Below are positions 1 to 16,396 of a stretch of DNA of 64,000 nucleotides, one piece after another (position 1 is the first letter of the stretch; each line of letters starts with the position of its first letter). The stretch is from the human T2T-CHM13v2.0 reference genome, Homo sapiens. Below the pieces are notes generated by a model. That model searched no databases, was not told the origin of the DNA, and worked only from the letters and a program-made list of their open reading frames with translations. The position numbers and the translations under genes are program-made. Where the stretch lies: NCBI RefSeq assembly GCF_009914755.1, contig NC_060925.1; one strand, 5' to 3'.

Positions 1-114
1 CAACATACAAGGACCCTCAAATGAAAGGCAAATAATAGCAGTAATTGTATGATCTTGGAAATGCACACAGCATGATTTGTGGTTTGTAAACCACTATTTT
101 ATCTTCTGTGTGTT

Positions 115-398
115 TGTTTTTTTGAGACAGGGTCTTGCTCTGTCACCTAGGCAGTAGTGCGCTCACAGGTCACTGTAGCCTCAACCTCCTGGGCTCAAGT
201 GATCCTTCCACCTCAGCCTCCTAAGTAGCTGGGACTACAGGTGTATGCTACGACATATGACTAATTTTTTTGTTTTCTTTGGAGATGGGGGTTTCACTGT
301 GTTGGCCACGCTGGTCTCAAACTCCTGACCTCGGATGATCTGCCTGCCTTGGCCTCCCAGAGTGCTGGGATTACAGGCGTGAGCCACCGCATCCGGCC
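115..398 (-). mobile_element. Alu
   Basis: Antisense Alu consensus (ttttgagacagggtcttgc...gagccaccgcatccggcc). Confidence 0.85.
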
Positions 399-799
399 CC
401 AAATTGATAATTTTAAAGGCTACATAATATACCATCATATAGATGTGTTGTAATTTAGCAATTTCCCTTTTGTTGAGCATAATATTGGGGAAAATTGGAA
501 GCAGTTGTAAGTAACATGCCATGAACATCCATATACTTAAGACTGTAGCCTCCATTTCTGTTTTCTCAGGATGAATTCTTAGATATGCAGTTGCCAGATC
601 AAAAGCATAAAGTCTTTGAAAGGTTTTTAGTAAATTTAGATTATACAAGTCAAATTGGCTATTACATGGGGTAGTATATGTAGATAACTTGGTAGATATT
701 GGGTATTTGATTAATGGTAATACTATTATGAAGCCATTCAGATGTAATTCCAAATGTTTTGTGGCCGGTTTATGGTCCTTATTTTATCTTTATTCTTTA

Positions 800-1035
800 T
801 ATTTTAGAGATGGGATCTCGCTCTCGCCCAGGCTGGAATGCAGTGTTGCAATCACAGCTCACTGTATCCTCAACATGTTGGGGTCAAGGGATCCTCCCAA
901 GTAGCTGCGACTTTTTTTTTTTTTTTTTGAGACGAGGTCTTGCCAGTGCTAGGCTTGAACTCCTAACCTCAAGCAGTTCTCCTGCCTCTGCCTCCCAGAG
1001 TGTTGGGATTACATGTGTGAGCCACTGCACCTGGC
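800..1035 (-). mobile_element. Alu (degenerate)
   Basis: Antisense Alu consensus. Confidence 0.8.
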
Positions 1036-2099
1036 CTACTAGTTTATGTTCTGTAATGCTAGAAATTTATTGTTAAGCTTTTTGTTAATAGAAGGCTCTC
1101 ATTCAGAGACCAGAAAACACCTGACCTCATGCTTAAAAGTTCTGAAGTTTTATTAATTAGTCTATTGTTAAATGTTGATTAAGATTATAATTCAGTCTCT
1201 GGGGTGCCTCCTCTGGAGTAAGTACCAGCAGTTGTGCCAGTTTTGCTGATTAAGACTCATAGCTGTATACATTTTCTTGTTGTATGTTCTTATAACTGGC
1301 AAAACTTGAATTTTGGGCTTTGTAGCTGTTGAGTTGGGTAACATGAATGGTGGAAGGATCAAGAATGCCGGCAGCGGATCCCCTTTTGTTTTTATTGGTA
1401 GAGATTTGAAGCCATGTCTAATAGATACTGAATGTTTGGTTGGAAGATCACATGGATTTATTTTGGGACTTTTGCTGCAAAATAATTGTCTTTCTTGGAC
1501 TCTTAAGCCTATTTAAACAAAAAGAAATCAGTTCTTTGTGGCAATTACAATTTTAGCTAAGCTTTAGTTGATCTCATTTATGTCCTTAGATTAAAATGGA
1601 GCACAGCTGCTGCTTCGTCAGTGTGAGGAACGTGTGCGCCTCACCCAGGTTCTTCAGTCTAGTGTTTCCAGGAAATTGGCGCTGAAGCAACATTTCATAT
1701 TTCATAGACATGCTCAATGTGGTGGTTATCTAGATTTTACATTTTTATTGTTAGATCATGCTGCCTTCCTTTAAAAAATGCTATTGTCTGCTGAGGAAAT
1801 ATTGTGGCAACTAAGCAGTGATGGAGTGAAGTATGGCATCTGTGAAGTGGGAGTCAGAGCGGGCAGTTGGTGGTGTTTCTTCATGTCCAGGGCATGGGGA
1901 TGCGTTGAGCAGTGGACAGTATTTTGATCCTCTTAGTGGATAGAGTCTCTTAGTGGCAATGGATGGCTTAGTAGTACTTGTTAAAATCACCCAGCTAATT
2001 CACCAGGCCACTTTAGGGTTATGTTCGGGAAAGCTGTATATGATACTCCTGGAGTAATGGGCTTTGAAATTAGACAGTTCCAATTGCAGTTTTCTTCTT

Positions 2100-2415
2100 C
2101 TTTTTTTTTTTTTTTTTTTTTTAAGAGACAAGATCTTATTCTGTTGCCCAGGCTGGAGTGCAGTGGTACAATCATAACTCACTGCAACCTCGAACTCCTG
2201 GGCTCAGGTGATCCTCCAGCTTCAGTCTCCCAAATAGTTGAGACTACAGGCATATGCTACCATGCCTGGCTTATTATTATTATTATTATTATTATTTTAG
2301 AGATGGGGTCTTGCTGTATTGCCCAGGCTGGCTTTGCATTCCTGGCCTCAAATGATCTTCCTACCTCATCCTCCCAAAGTTTTGGAATTAAGGCGTGAGC
2401 CATGGCACCCAGCCT
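2100..2415 (-). mobile_element. Alu (head-to-head with the next Alu)
   Basis: Poly-T plus antisense Alu with an (ATT)n linker. Confidence 0.85.
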
Positions 2416-2491
2416 GCATAGGATCATTTTGATTCTCCTGAGTTTGCTTCCTCCTTGTAAATAAATAAATTTTCTCTTATAAATAGTTAGT

Positions 2492-2787
2492 GGCCGGGCG
2501 CAGTGACTCACGTCTGTAATCCCAGCACTTTAGGAGGCCAAGGTGGGCAGATCACAAGGTTAGGAGATCGAGACCATCCTGGCTAACATGGTGAAACCCC
2601 GTCTCTACAAAAAATACAAAAAAAAAATTAGCCGCTTGTGGGGGCAGGTGCCTGTAGTCCCAGCTACTCAGGAGGCTGAAGCAGGAGAACCTGGGAGGCG
2701 GAGCTTACAGTGAGCCGAGATCCCGCCACTGCACCCCAGCCTGGGCGAGAGCGAGACTCCGTCTCAAAATAAATAAATAAATAAATA
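2492..2787 (+). mobile_element. Alu with (AAAT)n tail
   Basis: ggccgggcgcagtg...gagactccgtctcaaaataaata. Confidence 0.9.
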
Positions 2788-3174
2788 CCGTTAAAATGTG
2801 CCTCTGCTCCCAGGAGACTGTTCATGTATCTCTAAATATACTGATAGTTGAATTTCTGAAACTGGAAAATTAAAGAGTAGGTTGTTGACAGTGGCTTCAC
2901 AGTGTTGATGCTATGCTGTAAGAGCCTGCCTACCTGCCATTTCTCTTGACATACCTCTTTTTTCTTGTTGCACACCTCAACCTGTGACGCTCATCACTTC
3001 TGGTTTATGTGTTTTTTCCAAGCAGTCTCACAAGTTATAATATGACTCTCAGTTGTTTTGCTGAAATTCTGTGTTGATGGTGATGTACTTTTACTGTGAA
3101 ATTTGTGTTTAAATGAGGGTGTGTGAATGGGATGATGGGAGTGACAGTTGCAGTCTGTTGAAATGTGGTTCTTT

Positions 3175-3607
3175 TTTTGTTTGTTTTTGTTTTTTAAGAG
3201 ACAGGGTCTTACTCTGTTGCCCCAGGCTGGAGTGCAGTGGTGCAACCGCAGCTCACTACAGCCTGGACCTCCTGGGCTCAAGCAATCCTCCTGCCTCAGA
3301 CTCCTAAGTAGCTGAGACTACAGTCACATGCTACCATGGCTGGCTATTTAAAATTTTTTTTTTTTAGATATGCGGTCTCACTATGTTGCCCAGGCTGGTC
3401 TCAAACTCCAGGGCTTAACCCATTTGTGCTTAGCCTTCCAATGGAACGCTAAGCTTGTGGGAGTTATATCCTACTACTCAAGGTCATTGCCAAGGTATGA
3501 TTTTTTCACAAAAGAAAATTTGCAACCTCTGGCCTAAATGGGTTAAGTGATGCTCACACCTCAGCCTCCCCAAGTGCTAGGATTATAGGCATGAGCCATC
3601 ATACCAG
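3175..3607 (-). mobile_element. Alu hosting the MER85
   Basis: Alu sequence resumes (gtgatgctcacacctcagcc) after the second TTAA. Confidence 0.8.
3419..3542 (+). mobile_element. MER85 (non-autonomous piggyBac, PGBD3-derived) inserted in an antisense Alu
   Basis: TTAA duplicated at 3415-3418 and 3543-3546; terminal inverted repeats CCCATTT...AAATGGG; internal ggaacgctaagc...gggagtta...ctcaaggtcat...gccaagg...ttgcaacctc typical of MER85. Confidence 0.88.
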
Positions 3608-4355
3608 ATCTGAAATGTGTTTTAACTCAGCGAGTTGAGCATTAAGGACTTAATAGTATTTTTTTTCAAGTCATGCATAAAACTTGTATAATTGGGCCTA
3701 CAAATTTGCTCATATTCAGAAGAATTTGATTTTGGTAGGAACTCATTTTCCTGTTCTGTTCCTCATGTCTATAAATTCTGAGAGCAGATATGGCATAATC
3801 ACTTTTTTTCCAGTTTAAATGCTGTGTTTTCAGTTTTTATTTCAGGTAACCTTACTATGAAAGCTGTAAGGAAACATAGAATGATAATGTTAGCAGAGAG
3901 AACTGGAAGGGACAGCTGTAATGATGATCTAGCCCACCTGCTTGCTTGACACATGGGAAGGGTGAGGTCTGGACCTGCTGAGTGTCATGCCCCTCGCAGG
4001 GAGTTACTGGCAAGGATAGAACTCATGTTCCTCAGTTCGCATGTGGCCTGGTGAAAAATCATTAGGAGGAAAACCTTTCAAAGCCTGAGTTTGTTCTGAA
4101 TGCCTTTCTGGAGTATGTAATAATGCAGGGCAGATTTTATGTTTTTTCATGATAAAATTATAGTGTACCTTTGTTCTTTCTATCTGCAACACATTATTTC
4201 ATCTATTTGTGCTGTCAGGTTTTTTTCAGTTTGATTACACATCATAAAATATTTTTATTAGTAGTACATTCCTAATTCTTTTTTCCACTTGTATTTAGTT
4301 GTTATTTTCTTAGTTTCACTTTATTTTCCAGTCTCCCCCCTCCCACCACCCCACC

Positions 4356-4630
4356 AAGATGGAATCTTGCTTGCCCAGGCTAGGGTGCAGTGGTGCGATC
4401 TCAGCCCTGCAACCTTTGCCTCCCGGGTTTAAGCAATTCTCCTGCCACAGCCTCTGGAGTAGCTGGGATTACAGGCACGTGCCACGACACTGGGCTAATT
4501 TTTGTATTTTTAGTAGAGACGGAGTTTCACCATGTTGGCCAGGCTGGTCTCGAACCCCTGACCTCGTGATCCACCCGCCTTGGCCTCCCAAAGTGCTGGA
4601 ATTACAGGCGTGAGCCAGCGTGCCCGGCCC
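4356..4630 (-). mobile_element. Alu
   Basis: Antisense Alu consensus. Confidence 0.88.
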
Positions 4631-4839
4631 AGAGTGATAAAACTTTGGGGGTGGTAGAAGAGAAGGAAGATTGCAGTGCAGGAAGGATGATATTTGGGAC
4701 CCTTTTGCCAGTGTTCAAGATTATTTCAAAGTGCACACTTTATTTAATAGTACTGTAGTTAGTTAGCATACCCAGAATAAATCATTCCCTTTTCCTCCCT
4801 GCTAAAAATTAAATCTAAAATTATATCCATTTCCATAAA

Positions 4840-5320
4840 TTCATTCATTCTTTAGTTCAACAAATATTTGAGCATCAGTTATATAACAGGCCCTGTTCTA
4901 AGCATTTATGATCTCGTGAATGAAACAAAGTCTTTGTCCTCAAGTAGTTTACATTTAATGGGGCAGAAGGACAATAAGTAAATATATATTGTGTTAGTTG
5001 AGAGTACATTTTAAATAACATAGTAGGGAAGAACTCTAAAGAGTAATGTTTGATCAGAGACGTAAAAGGAAAAAAATGAGTGGAAAAAGAACATTCCTCA
5101 GGTAGAGAAAACAAGAGAAACAGCCCTGAAGGGGAAGTTGATCCCTGTTGTTTGAGGAACAGCAGTCATAGTGAAAGGCGAAGTCAGGAGAGCCAGGGAC
5201 CACATTGTTTGGTCCTGCTAGGTGACGGGAAGGACTGTGGGTTTTGTTCTGGATGTGGTGGGAATCCACTGGAGGGTTTGAAAGGAGGGTGACATCTGAT
5301 TCAGGGGAAAACTGGTCCTT
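4840..5320 (-). mobile_element. L2 LINE fragment just upstream of DDI2 exon 2
   Basis: ttcattcattc...caacaaatatttgagc tail and gggaatccactggagggtttg segment. Confidence 0.7.
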
Positions 5321-5381
5321 CTGCCTTGCGCTGTGTTACTTCTCAGTGCTTTATACTGTTGTATATCTTTTCTTGTTGTAG

Positions 5382-5511
5382 ATCGTCTATGCGGAAAGAC
5401 CTCTCACAGACAACCACAGATCATTGGCTTCTTATGGCTTGAAAGATGGGGACGTTGTGATTTTACGACAGAAGGAGAATGCAGACCCTCGACCTCCAGT
5501 GCAGTTCCCAA
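5382..5511 (+). CDS. DDI2: DDI2 coding exon 2 (C-terminal part of the UBL domain), IVYAERPLTDNHRSLASYGLKDGDVVILRQKENADPRPPVQFP
   Basis: Pyrimidine tract plus tag acceptor (5379-5381); donor A|gtaaga at 5512; 130 nt (43 codons + 1). Translation matches the known human DDI2 UBL. Exon 1 is upstream of the window. Confidence 0.96.
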
Positions 5512-5559
5512 GTAAGACATCTGGTGGTTGAGCATCCCCCAGCAGAACCATCAGCAGGT

Positions 5560-5792
5560 AGCAGAGCATAGCACCTCAGAGTTTTGGATTCGCTTTGGAT
5601 TCAGACTACAGAATACAGATCCTGACTCTGCCTTTTCCCTGCCGTGTAACCTTGAACAAGTATTTTAATGTCTCTAAATTGGTTTCCTCTTCTATAAGTT
5701 AGGTGCCATAATTAACCCCAACTCCTAAAGCTGACGTGAGGCTAATGCATGTAAAATCTTAGCACACAGCAAGCCCTCAATAAATGTTAGCT
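5560..5792 (+). mobile_element. MIR SINE
   Basis: gatcctgactctgcc...gtgtaaccttgaacaagt...gtttcctcttctataa...ctcaataaatgttagc core. Confidence 0.7.
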
Positions 5793-7417
5793 TCTGTTAT
5801 CAGTGATAATTATACAATAATCTTTATCCTTGGGAAGGACTTGAAAGAATACATAAGCCTATGATTTTGCTACTTTGTGTCTGTCCTTCAGTGGCCAGCC
5901 TTTCTGGAGCATTTTATAGCCAGCCAGGCACTTGGAGCTGCATTTCACATGATCTCATAACTTGGTTGTGGGGGGATTTACATACTAATTTGCATAATAA
6001 TTTATAATTATGAAGCTCAGATTTTAAATGGTGTCTTTAAAGTTACATAGCTATTAAGTGAGGGCACAGGAATTAAAATTTGATGCTTTTTCCATTATGC
6101 TGAACTTGATAAACATTAAGCAGCTTGACCACCAAGTTGTGGTTCTTTCCTACCAGCTGTGTTAATCACATACAAAGAAACGTTTATCTATCTTTGATGC
6201 TGCTTTTATAATAGATGTTTATAGTCTGAACTCTGTGCATTGGGATTTAGTAGGTTCTATGTCACTGAAATAATATGCAGAATTGTGTGGATGTGAATGT
6301 GTGTGTGCACTGGATAGAGAGAGGGTCATAGCTTTGTTCAGATACTTGAAGTGGCTCATGATCCACAAAATGATTATAAGGTCTTAATGTGAAACAGCTT
6401 GGTGAAATGTGTGGTTTTTTTCCATTCGCTGCCATATTCAGATAGATTTTCTTAAATAGTGTTTAGCCTGTAGGTCACCAGTTTTAAAGTTTATGGTGAC
6501 AGATGCTGGCAGAGTCTGGGTGATGACAGACTGACTGCAGTTTTAACCACAGTGTTTCCATTCAGCCTGAAACTGGAACTTACTGAGACCATCAAGGACC
6601 GGCTCCACCAGATCTGGAAGACATTAGTCCCTTGGGGCCACAGTTAAACTTTAGAAAGAAGTTAAAACTTCTTTCTGAAGAAGTTAAACGTATTTAAACA
6701 ACTATGACAATCAGTAAAAACCACATCTTCCTTTGGTTAATTTGATGAGATTATTAATTCCGGAATTTACTTCTTTTTTTTTTTCCTCTGCATTGTTGTT
6801 TATGGACAAGAGAGCCTGTAACAGGTTGGGGCAGGAGTGATCTGGTCTATTAAGTAAACATGTTTTTGAGAATTATTCTGAAGTGAATGGACTCTCAAGA
6901 TAATGTATAACAGGAGTGGAGATAAAATTTCTTGACCTGCAAAGAGGGCCCACCCATATATGTTTTTCTGGCTGGTATAGATTAACTACCTCACAGAGAT
7001 CATCCTCTTCACTTCACCATTTCCTTGGTTGGGAGTTGAAGAAAGTGGCTAGTTGAACCCCTGCTAAAGGGTAGAAATGTTACATCATGAGTTTAAGCAT
7101 TCTCTTTTTCTATCTGAGGTCCAAAAAGGCTTCAGGATAGTCCCAGACTTGAGACAAGTTTGTTTGTTTTTTGATTTTTTAGTTTATTTAAAATCCTTAA
7201 TAGTGCAAGGATTGTGCTATAATTCTGATCACTGTGGAATTGCTTAGTGTACTGTCATTTATAACATTAAGCACAGTTATCCTTAAGAAAAGTATTCAGT
7301 TGTTCAGACAAGTTTGACCATCAACTATATTTTTTGGAGTTGAAGGAATGTCGATTGACTCAGGCCTAGCCCCTCATTCTGGCTCTCCTTGTTTACTTTT
7401 CTCTTTTTCATTTTTCT

Positions 7418-7685
7418 TTTTTAAATAACAGTTTTATTGAGATAGAATTCATGCATTTAAATGATTTTTTTTACTATATTCATGAGTTGTGTAACCATCA
7501 CCACAATCCATTTTAGCGTATTTTCATTACCTTAAAAAGAAATCCTATACCCATTTATAGTCATTTCCCATTTCCCCCTAGTCTCCGCAGCCTAGACAAC
7601 TACAAGTCTACTTTCTGTCTCTATGTATTTACCTATTTGGAACATTTCATATAAATGGGGTCATACAATATGTGAGTCCGTTGTG
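7418..7685 (-). mobile_element. Old L1 (L1M) 3'-end fragment
   Basis: ttttattgagata...gttgtgtaaccatcaccacaatc...ctactttctgtctctatg...catttcatataaatgg. Confidence 0.7.
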
Positions 7686-7982
7686 TAAGGATTAAAATTC
7701 CCTTTTATCTTCCTTTCATTTTAGTAAGGTCAGTTCCACCTGGCATATAGAACCTGGGAGTTGTAGCTTCTAAACTGTGGTAGCTTTTGGTGTATTCAGC
7801 ACTGAGAACCTATGCAAGTCCCTTTTCTTCTTTCTTTTCTATAAAATGATGACACTGTTTAGCTCCCCAAGGGCATGAGAAGAGTTAGCAGAGATGCACA
7901 GATTAAAGTATAAATTCAGAGAACTATTAAGAACTTCCCTGAGCCAATACGTTTAGCACTGACTTGCAGAATTTAGCATCTA

Positions 7983-8364
<382 letters not shown>

Positions 8365-8438
8365 TCAGACCAGAGTAGGATTTTTCTCAAGAACAACATC
8401 CAGACTTATGCAATTATATTTATTGAAACTAGCTTTAA

Positions 8439-8747
<309 letters not shown>

Positions 8748-9036
8748 TAATGATTTAAAAACATAAATTAAAAACCTGATGTCTATTGTGAGATATTTTA
8801 TAAGCTAAAAATTTGGAGTTACTACCATCACCTTCCCCCTATTTTTCTTCTTCTATCGATTCACTCTCAGCCGGCAGTCTTTATATTCAGAGTCATCATG
8901 AGAAAGAACAAGGTTAAAGTCTACAGTTACCTTTGCTGCTGTCATATACCATGTATGAGCAAGTGTTCTGCTGTTTCCTTCAAGTGCTTGTTTTTGTAGA
9001 GTAATTTGAGTAAACTGAATTGATTTTCCCCAACAG

Positions 9037-9273
9037 ACTTACCCCGAATAGATTTCAGTAGTATAGCTGTGCCTGGCACATCAAGTCCCCGGCAGCGCCA
9101 GCCACCAGGAACACAGCAGTCCCACTCATCTCCTGGAGAAATAACTTCATCTCCTCAGGGCTTGGACAATCCAGCCTTGCTCCGAGATATGTTGCTGGCC
9201 AACCCGCATGAGCTGTCCTTGCTGAAGGAACGCAATCCACCCCTGGCAGAAGCTCTGCTCAGTGGAGACCTTG
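9037..9273 (+). CDS. DDI2: DDI2 coding exon 3 (linker and start of HDD helical domain)
   Basis: caacag| acceptor, G|gtaagc donor, 237 nt, phase 1/1; encodes [13 protein letters not shown]...[11 protein letters not shown] (overlaps ORF 9069..9302). Confidence 0.96.
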
Positions 9274-9538
9274 GTAAGCTTATAAATTTGGAAGGCTATT
9301 AGGCTGGCCTGAGGTGAAGAAGCTGTGTCATAGCAAATGTGAAGAGACTCAAGCGACACTGTGTCACATGATTTATTGAACATACCAGTTTTTTCTCTGT
9401 GAGAGGTAAATTAGTGCTAAAGTCAAAGGCTGAGTTACTTGGAAACAGCAATAGAGTTTTAGCAGTGAAATCCATCTAGGCCACCCCCCTTGGTTTACTT
9501 TTTGTTTTCCTCATTGTTTTTGGCAGCAGATAACCTAG

Positions 9539-9855
<317 letters not shown>

Positions 9856-10299
9856 GTACCGATATTTTAACCTTAGTTAGATCTTCAATTAAAGAGATCA
9901 TCAACAAGCCAGCTGATGCCAGCTGATGCCAGGAAGGTTCAGTGCCCTGTATGGCAAAATGGAATCACCATAACCTCAGTCCACTCCAAGTTATTTTTTG
10001 TATTTTTTGTAGAGATGGAGTTTTGCCATGTTGTCCAGGCTGCTTTCGAATTCTTGGGCTCAAGCAGTCTGCCTGCCTTGGCCTCCCAAAGTGCTGGGAT
10101 TACAGGCATGAGCAGTTGCACCCAGCTAACTTGTAGCCATCTTTATGAATCGAGTTTTCTCTGTAAATTACTCTCATTTTACTCTTGGGTTTATGAGTTA
10201 AATTGGGTTAAGTCTAAAAACATAACAGACACTTAATGACTCATTCCTCAATTGACTGTCTTTAAATTGGCAATCTTTACCTTAAGCGAAGTACTCAGA

Positions 10300-10880
<581 letters not shown>

Positions 10881-10991
10881 CAGATAACCATTGTCATAAT
10901 ATCTTTTAATCTCTTATATCAGCATATCTAATCACCAAAGATGGTGATGATGGGGCATTTAAGTTTGCACACTTAAATGTACCACCATTTA

Positions 10992-11253
<262 letters not shown>

Positions 11254-11624
11254 AGAAATTGCAAAATAGGTTCTTGTTGTAACATACATCTTATAGCAAG
11301 CAGTGTTTTCTCTACTAATTTTCCTGCCTATTAATTCATCAGAACACACACAAAATATAGGTAGACTAAAAATAGTTTATACTTAATGTATCTGGCTTAA
11401 GGCAGGGCATGTTATAAAAGAAATGAAACTAGAAGAGGAAAAGGAGATTATATAATGCTGTATTTTGTTTCTAGGTAGTAGGATAATGAGAACAATGAGG
11501 AATGGAGGAGTGGAGACATTGATCTGCCACATGGTCACTCCCCACCATTTTAAATTGGAAAGTTGTTACCTCTGAGTAGAAACAATATGATAGATAACTT
11601 CTTATAAAAAATTTTTGCAAATAC

Positions 11625-11656
<32 letters not shown>

Positions 11657-11941
11657 CAGGGTCTCACCATGTCACCCAGGCTGGAGTGTGTGGTGCGATC
11701 ACAGCTCACTGCATCCTCGACCTCCTGGGCTCAGGCCATCCCCCCACCCTTGAACCCCCATCCAACAGTAGCTGGGACTACAGGCATGCACCACCACGCC
11801 CAACTAATTTTTATATTTTTTGTAGAGACAAGGTCTTGCTATGTTGCCCAGGCTGGTCTCGAACTCCTAGGCTCAAACGGTCCTCCCACCTCAGCCTCCC
11901 AAAGTGTCGAGATTATAGGCATGAGCTACCACACCCAGCCA
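11625..11941 (-). mobile_element. Alu
   Basis: Antisense Alu, TSD caaatacttt. Confidence 0.85.
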
Positions 11942-12150
11942 CAAATACTTTCTTTACACTGAATTTAAATGATGAAATAGCCTTGACTCAGAGAACAGAA
12001 AGTAAATGTAATTGCTCATTTTAAATAAGCTTTAGGCATCCTCTCTGCATCTCTTACAGATGTAGTTTGATAAATTGTTTGGTGTGGAAAAGTACTGATA
12101 AACGTTGAAAATATAGTGATATTTAAGATTTTTCTCCCTTATTTTTGTAG

Positions 12151-12277
12151 AGAAATTTTCTAGAGTCCTGGTGGAGCAGCAGCAGGACCGAGCCCGGAGA
12201 GAGCAAGAAAGGATTCGTCTGTTTTCTGCTGATCCCTTTGACCTTGAAGCTCAGGCAAAGATAGAAGAAGATATAAG
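12151..12277 (+). CDS. DDI2: DDI2 coding exon 4 (HDD), [42 protein letters not shown]
   Basis: tttttgtag| acceptor, AG|gtaaag donor, 127 nt; phase fits both flanking exons; contains the Ddi1-family [14 protein letters not shown] motif. Confidence 0.96.
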
Positions 12278-12822
12278 GTAAAGACCTGTTCATCTAAAGA
12301 ACAAAACTTAGAGACTCCAGATTTCCCAGACTGCAGGTTATCTGACATTGGTTGGGCATCTGCTTGGAGGTAGCTTCTCTGTTTTGCAGTTGAGATAGTA
12401 ACCTCAGTCTTTTAGGTTAGTCTCTCCTCTTTCATTTTCTATGCATTTCGATTTGACATGACAAAGATATAGGTGCTTAGTTTAATGACTTTCTTTCTAA
12501 AATTTTAAGGAGGACTCCCTGACTAGCAGACAGAGCATCATAACACAGCTTTAGATAAATGACCCCCGGACTGAGCAGAAGCCACCATCTGGTGAGACCA
12601 CAAGGCTGGTTGCATATTACATGGGCTGATTTGACTCTCTTTCTTTAGACATATTGTATAAGTCCTGATTAAATCCAGGGCTTAAACATGATTGGATTAG
12701 AGAGGGCTCTGCGCCGATGGAACGTTGGTAGTCCTAAGTCTGTTTTCCTGCTGCATTTCTTGTACTGGCCTCAGTGGATAAACTGAATGCTGGACATGTT
12801 TCCAGCTCTCAGTTTCTGTAAT

Positions 12823-12935
12823 GCGGTGGTTCTCACCTGGGGCTATAGTAAAATCACATGAGAAACTTTTAAAAATGCAGATGCTTGGACTCTTCTCCCA
12901 AATCTGATGAATCAGAATTGTCGGGCATGGAGCTC
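12823..12935. mobile_element. MER5-like hAT fragment
   Basis: gtggttctca...aatcacatgagaaacttttaaaaatgcagatgc...gaatcagaat. Confidence 0.55.
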
Positions 12936-13251
12936 AAGCAAGGACAGTGACGCTGTTCCGGCCTCAGTCACACTGATAGTCACAAGCAAGATTCTGTTCA
13001 GTCATTCTCTGAAAAAAAGGACAGCTGCTTTTCCTGCCTCAAGTCAGTTTTTGTTGCTAATTGTGAAGAACTTAGTATAACTAAGAAGAAGATAACAGCA
13101 ACGATACTTACTACACTTAGACTGCTTGGCCTTTTAGGGACCGTGTCATCATTCCGGTTACTTAAATGAAGCCTAACTTGGTCATTGTATTACACTATCT
13201 ATCAACTTAGAAATTAAATCATGCTTTTTTAAACTTCTTATTCTTTTTATC

Positions 13252-14451
<1,200 letters not shown>

Positions 14452-14849
14452 TGAAAACCTTGTACCTCTGAAGAGACTCTCTACATATGGACCCCAGAAA
14501 AGCCAAAGTAGCTGGTGTTATTGCAGAGGATTTTTTGTTGAAACTCATTTGGGTTGGAGTCCATGCAAGATGAAGTATACAATTAATTTTAGGTTATTTC
14601 TATGTTTAATAATGTGCAATAGCATAAAACCTGTGTAATTATATAAAATGTCTATTAAAGTTTCATATGGCTTGCTACACCAGTGATTACACAGGGTAGG
14701 TGAACACAGGTTCGATAGCTTTCATATTTGCCTAAAGGAAGGTGCTTTTGACTTTCTGAGTTTAAATTTTGTTGCAAAATGACTGATAAAGCTATCAGTT
14801 CACTTGAGCTAGATGATTATTATGAAAAGAACAGAAACTGTAGTTAGAG

Positions 14850-15687
<838 letters not shown>

Positions 15688-15966
15688 GATTTACAGTGTA
15701 GGTTATCCCAAATCTTAGAAGCTGTTCTGTTAGTGTCTCAGTCTTCAGGTAAGTTGCCCAACCGCTGACCTAGTTTCCATTAATGTTGGTAGTATTTGAT
15801 AATGTTTTTAAAAGGAGATTGATTCATGCTGTTTTAAGGGAGTAGAAAAAAATTGGGAATAAACATGAGATGTTGGAGTAAGCAAGAACTCCCTTTTGTT
15901 GCTTTTCTCGTGTAAGAATTAGAGTTGTGTTGATTTTTTTGTTTTCTTTTCCTTCCTTTTGGTGGG

Positions 15967-16396
15967 GAGAGATGGGGTTTCACCATGTTGCCCGGGCTGG
16001 TTTGAAACTCCTGAGCTCAAACTCCTGAGCTCAAGGGATCCACCTACTTTGGCCTTCCAAAGAAAGTGCTGGGACTACAGGTGTGAACCACTGCACCTGG
16101 CATGTTGATTTTTTTTGTTTTTGGTGTCTCGCTCTGTCGCTCAGGCTGGAGTGTAGTCGTGCGATCTTGGCTGCAACCTCCGCCCCCCGGGTTCAAGCAG
16201 TTCTACTGCCTCAGCCTCCTGAGTAGCTGGGATTACAGGTGCATGCCACCATGCCCGGCTAGTTTTTGTATTATTAGTAGAGATGGGGTTTCACCATGTT
16301 GGCCAGACTGGTCTTGAACTCCTGACCTCCGGTGATCCACCCGCCTTGGCCTCCCAAAGTGTTGGGATTACAGGCGTGAGCCACCGTGTGCGGCCA
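15967..16396 (-). mobile_element. Tandem antisense Alus
   Basis: Alu consensus. Confidence 0.8.

Noticed and set aside
5515-5528. 14-nt identity AGACATCTGGTGGT shared with 36519
   Set aside because: Several 14-mer matches are expected by chance within 64 kb.
12581-12596. CTCF-like motif (reverse complement TCACCAGATGGTGGC); also an isolated STAT-like TTCCAGGAA at 1666
   Set aside because: Single imperfect or isolated motifs without supporting context.
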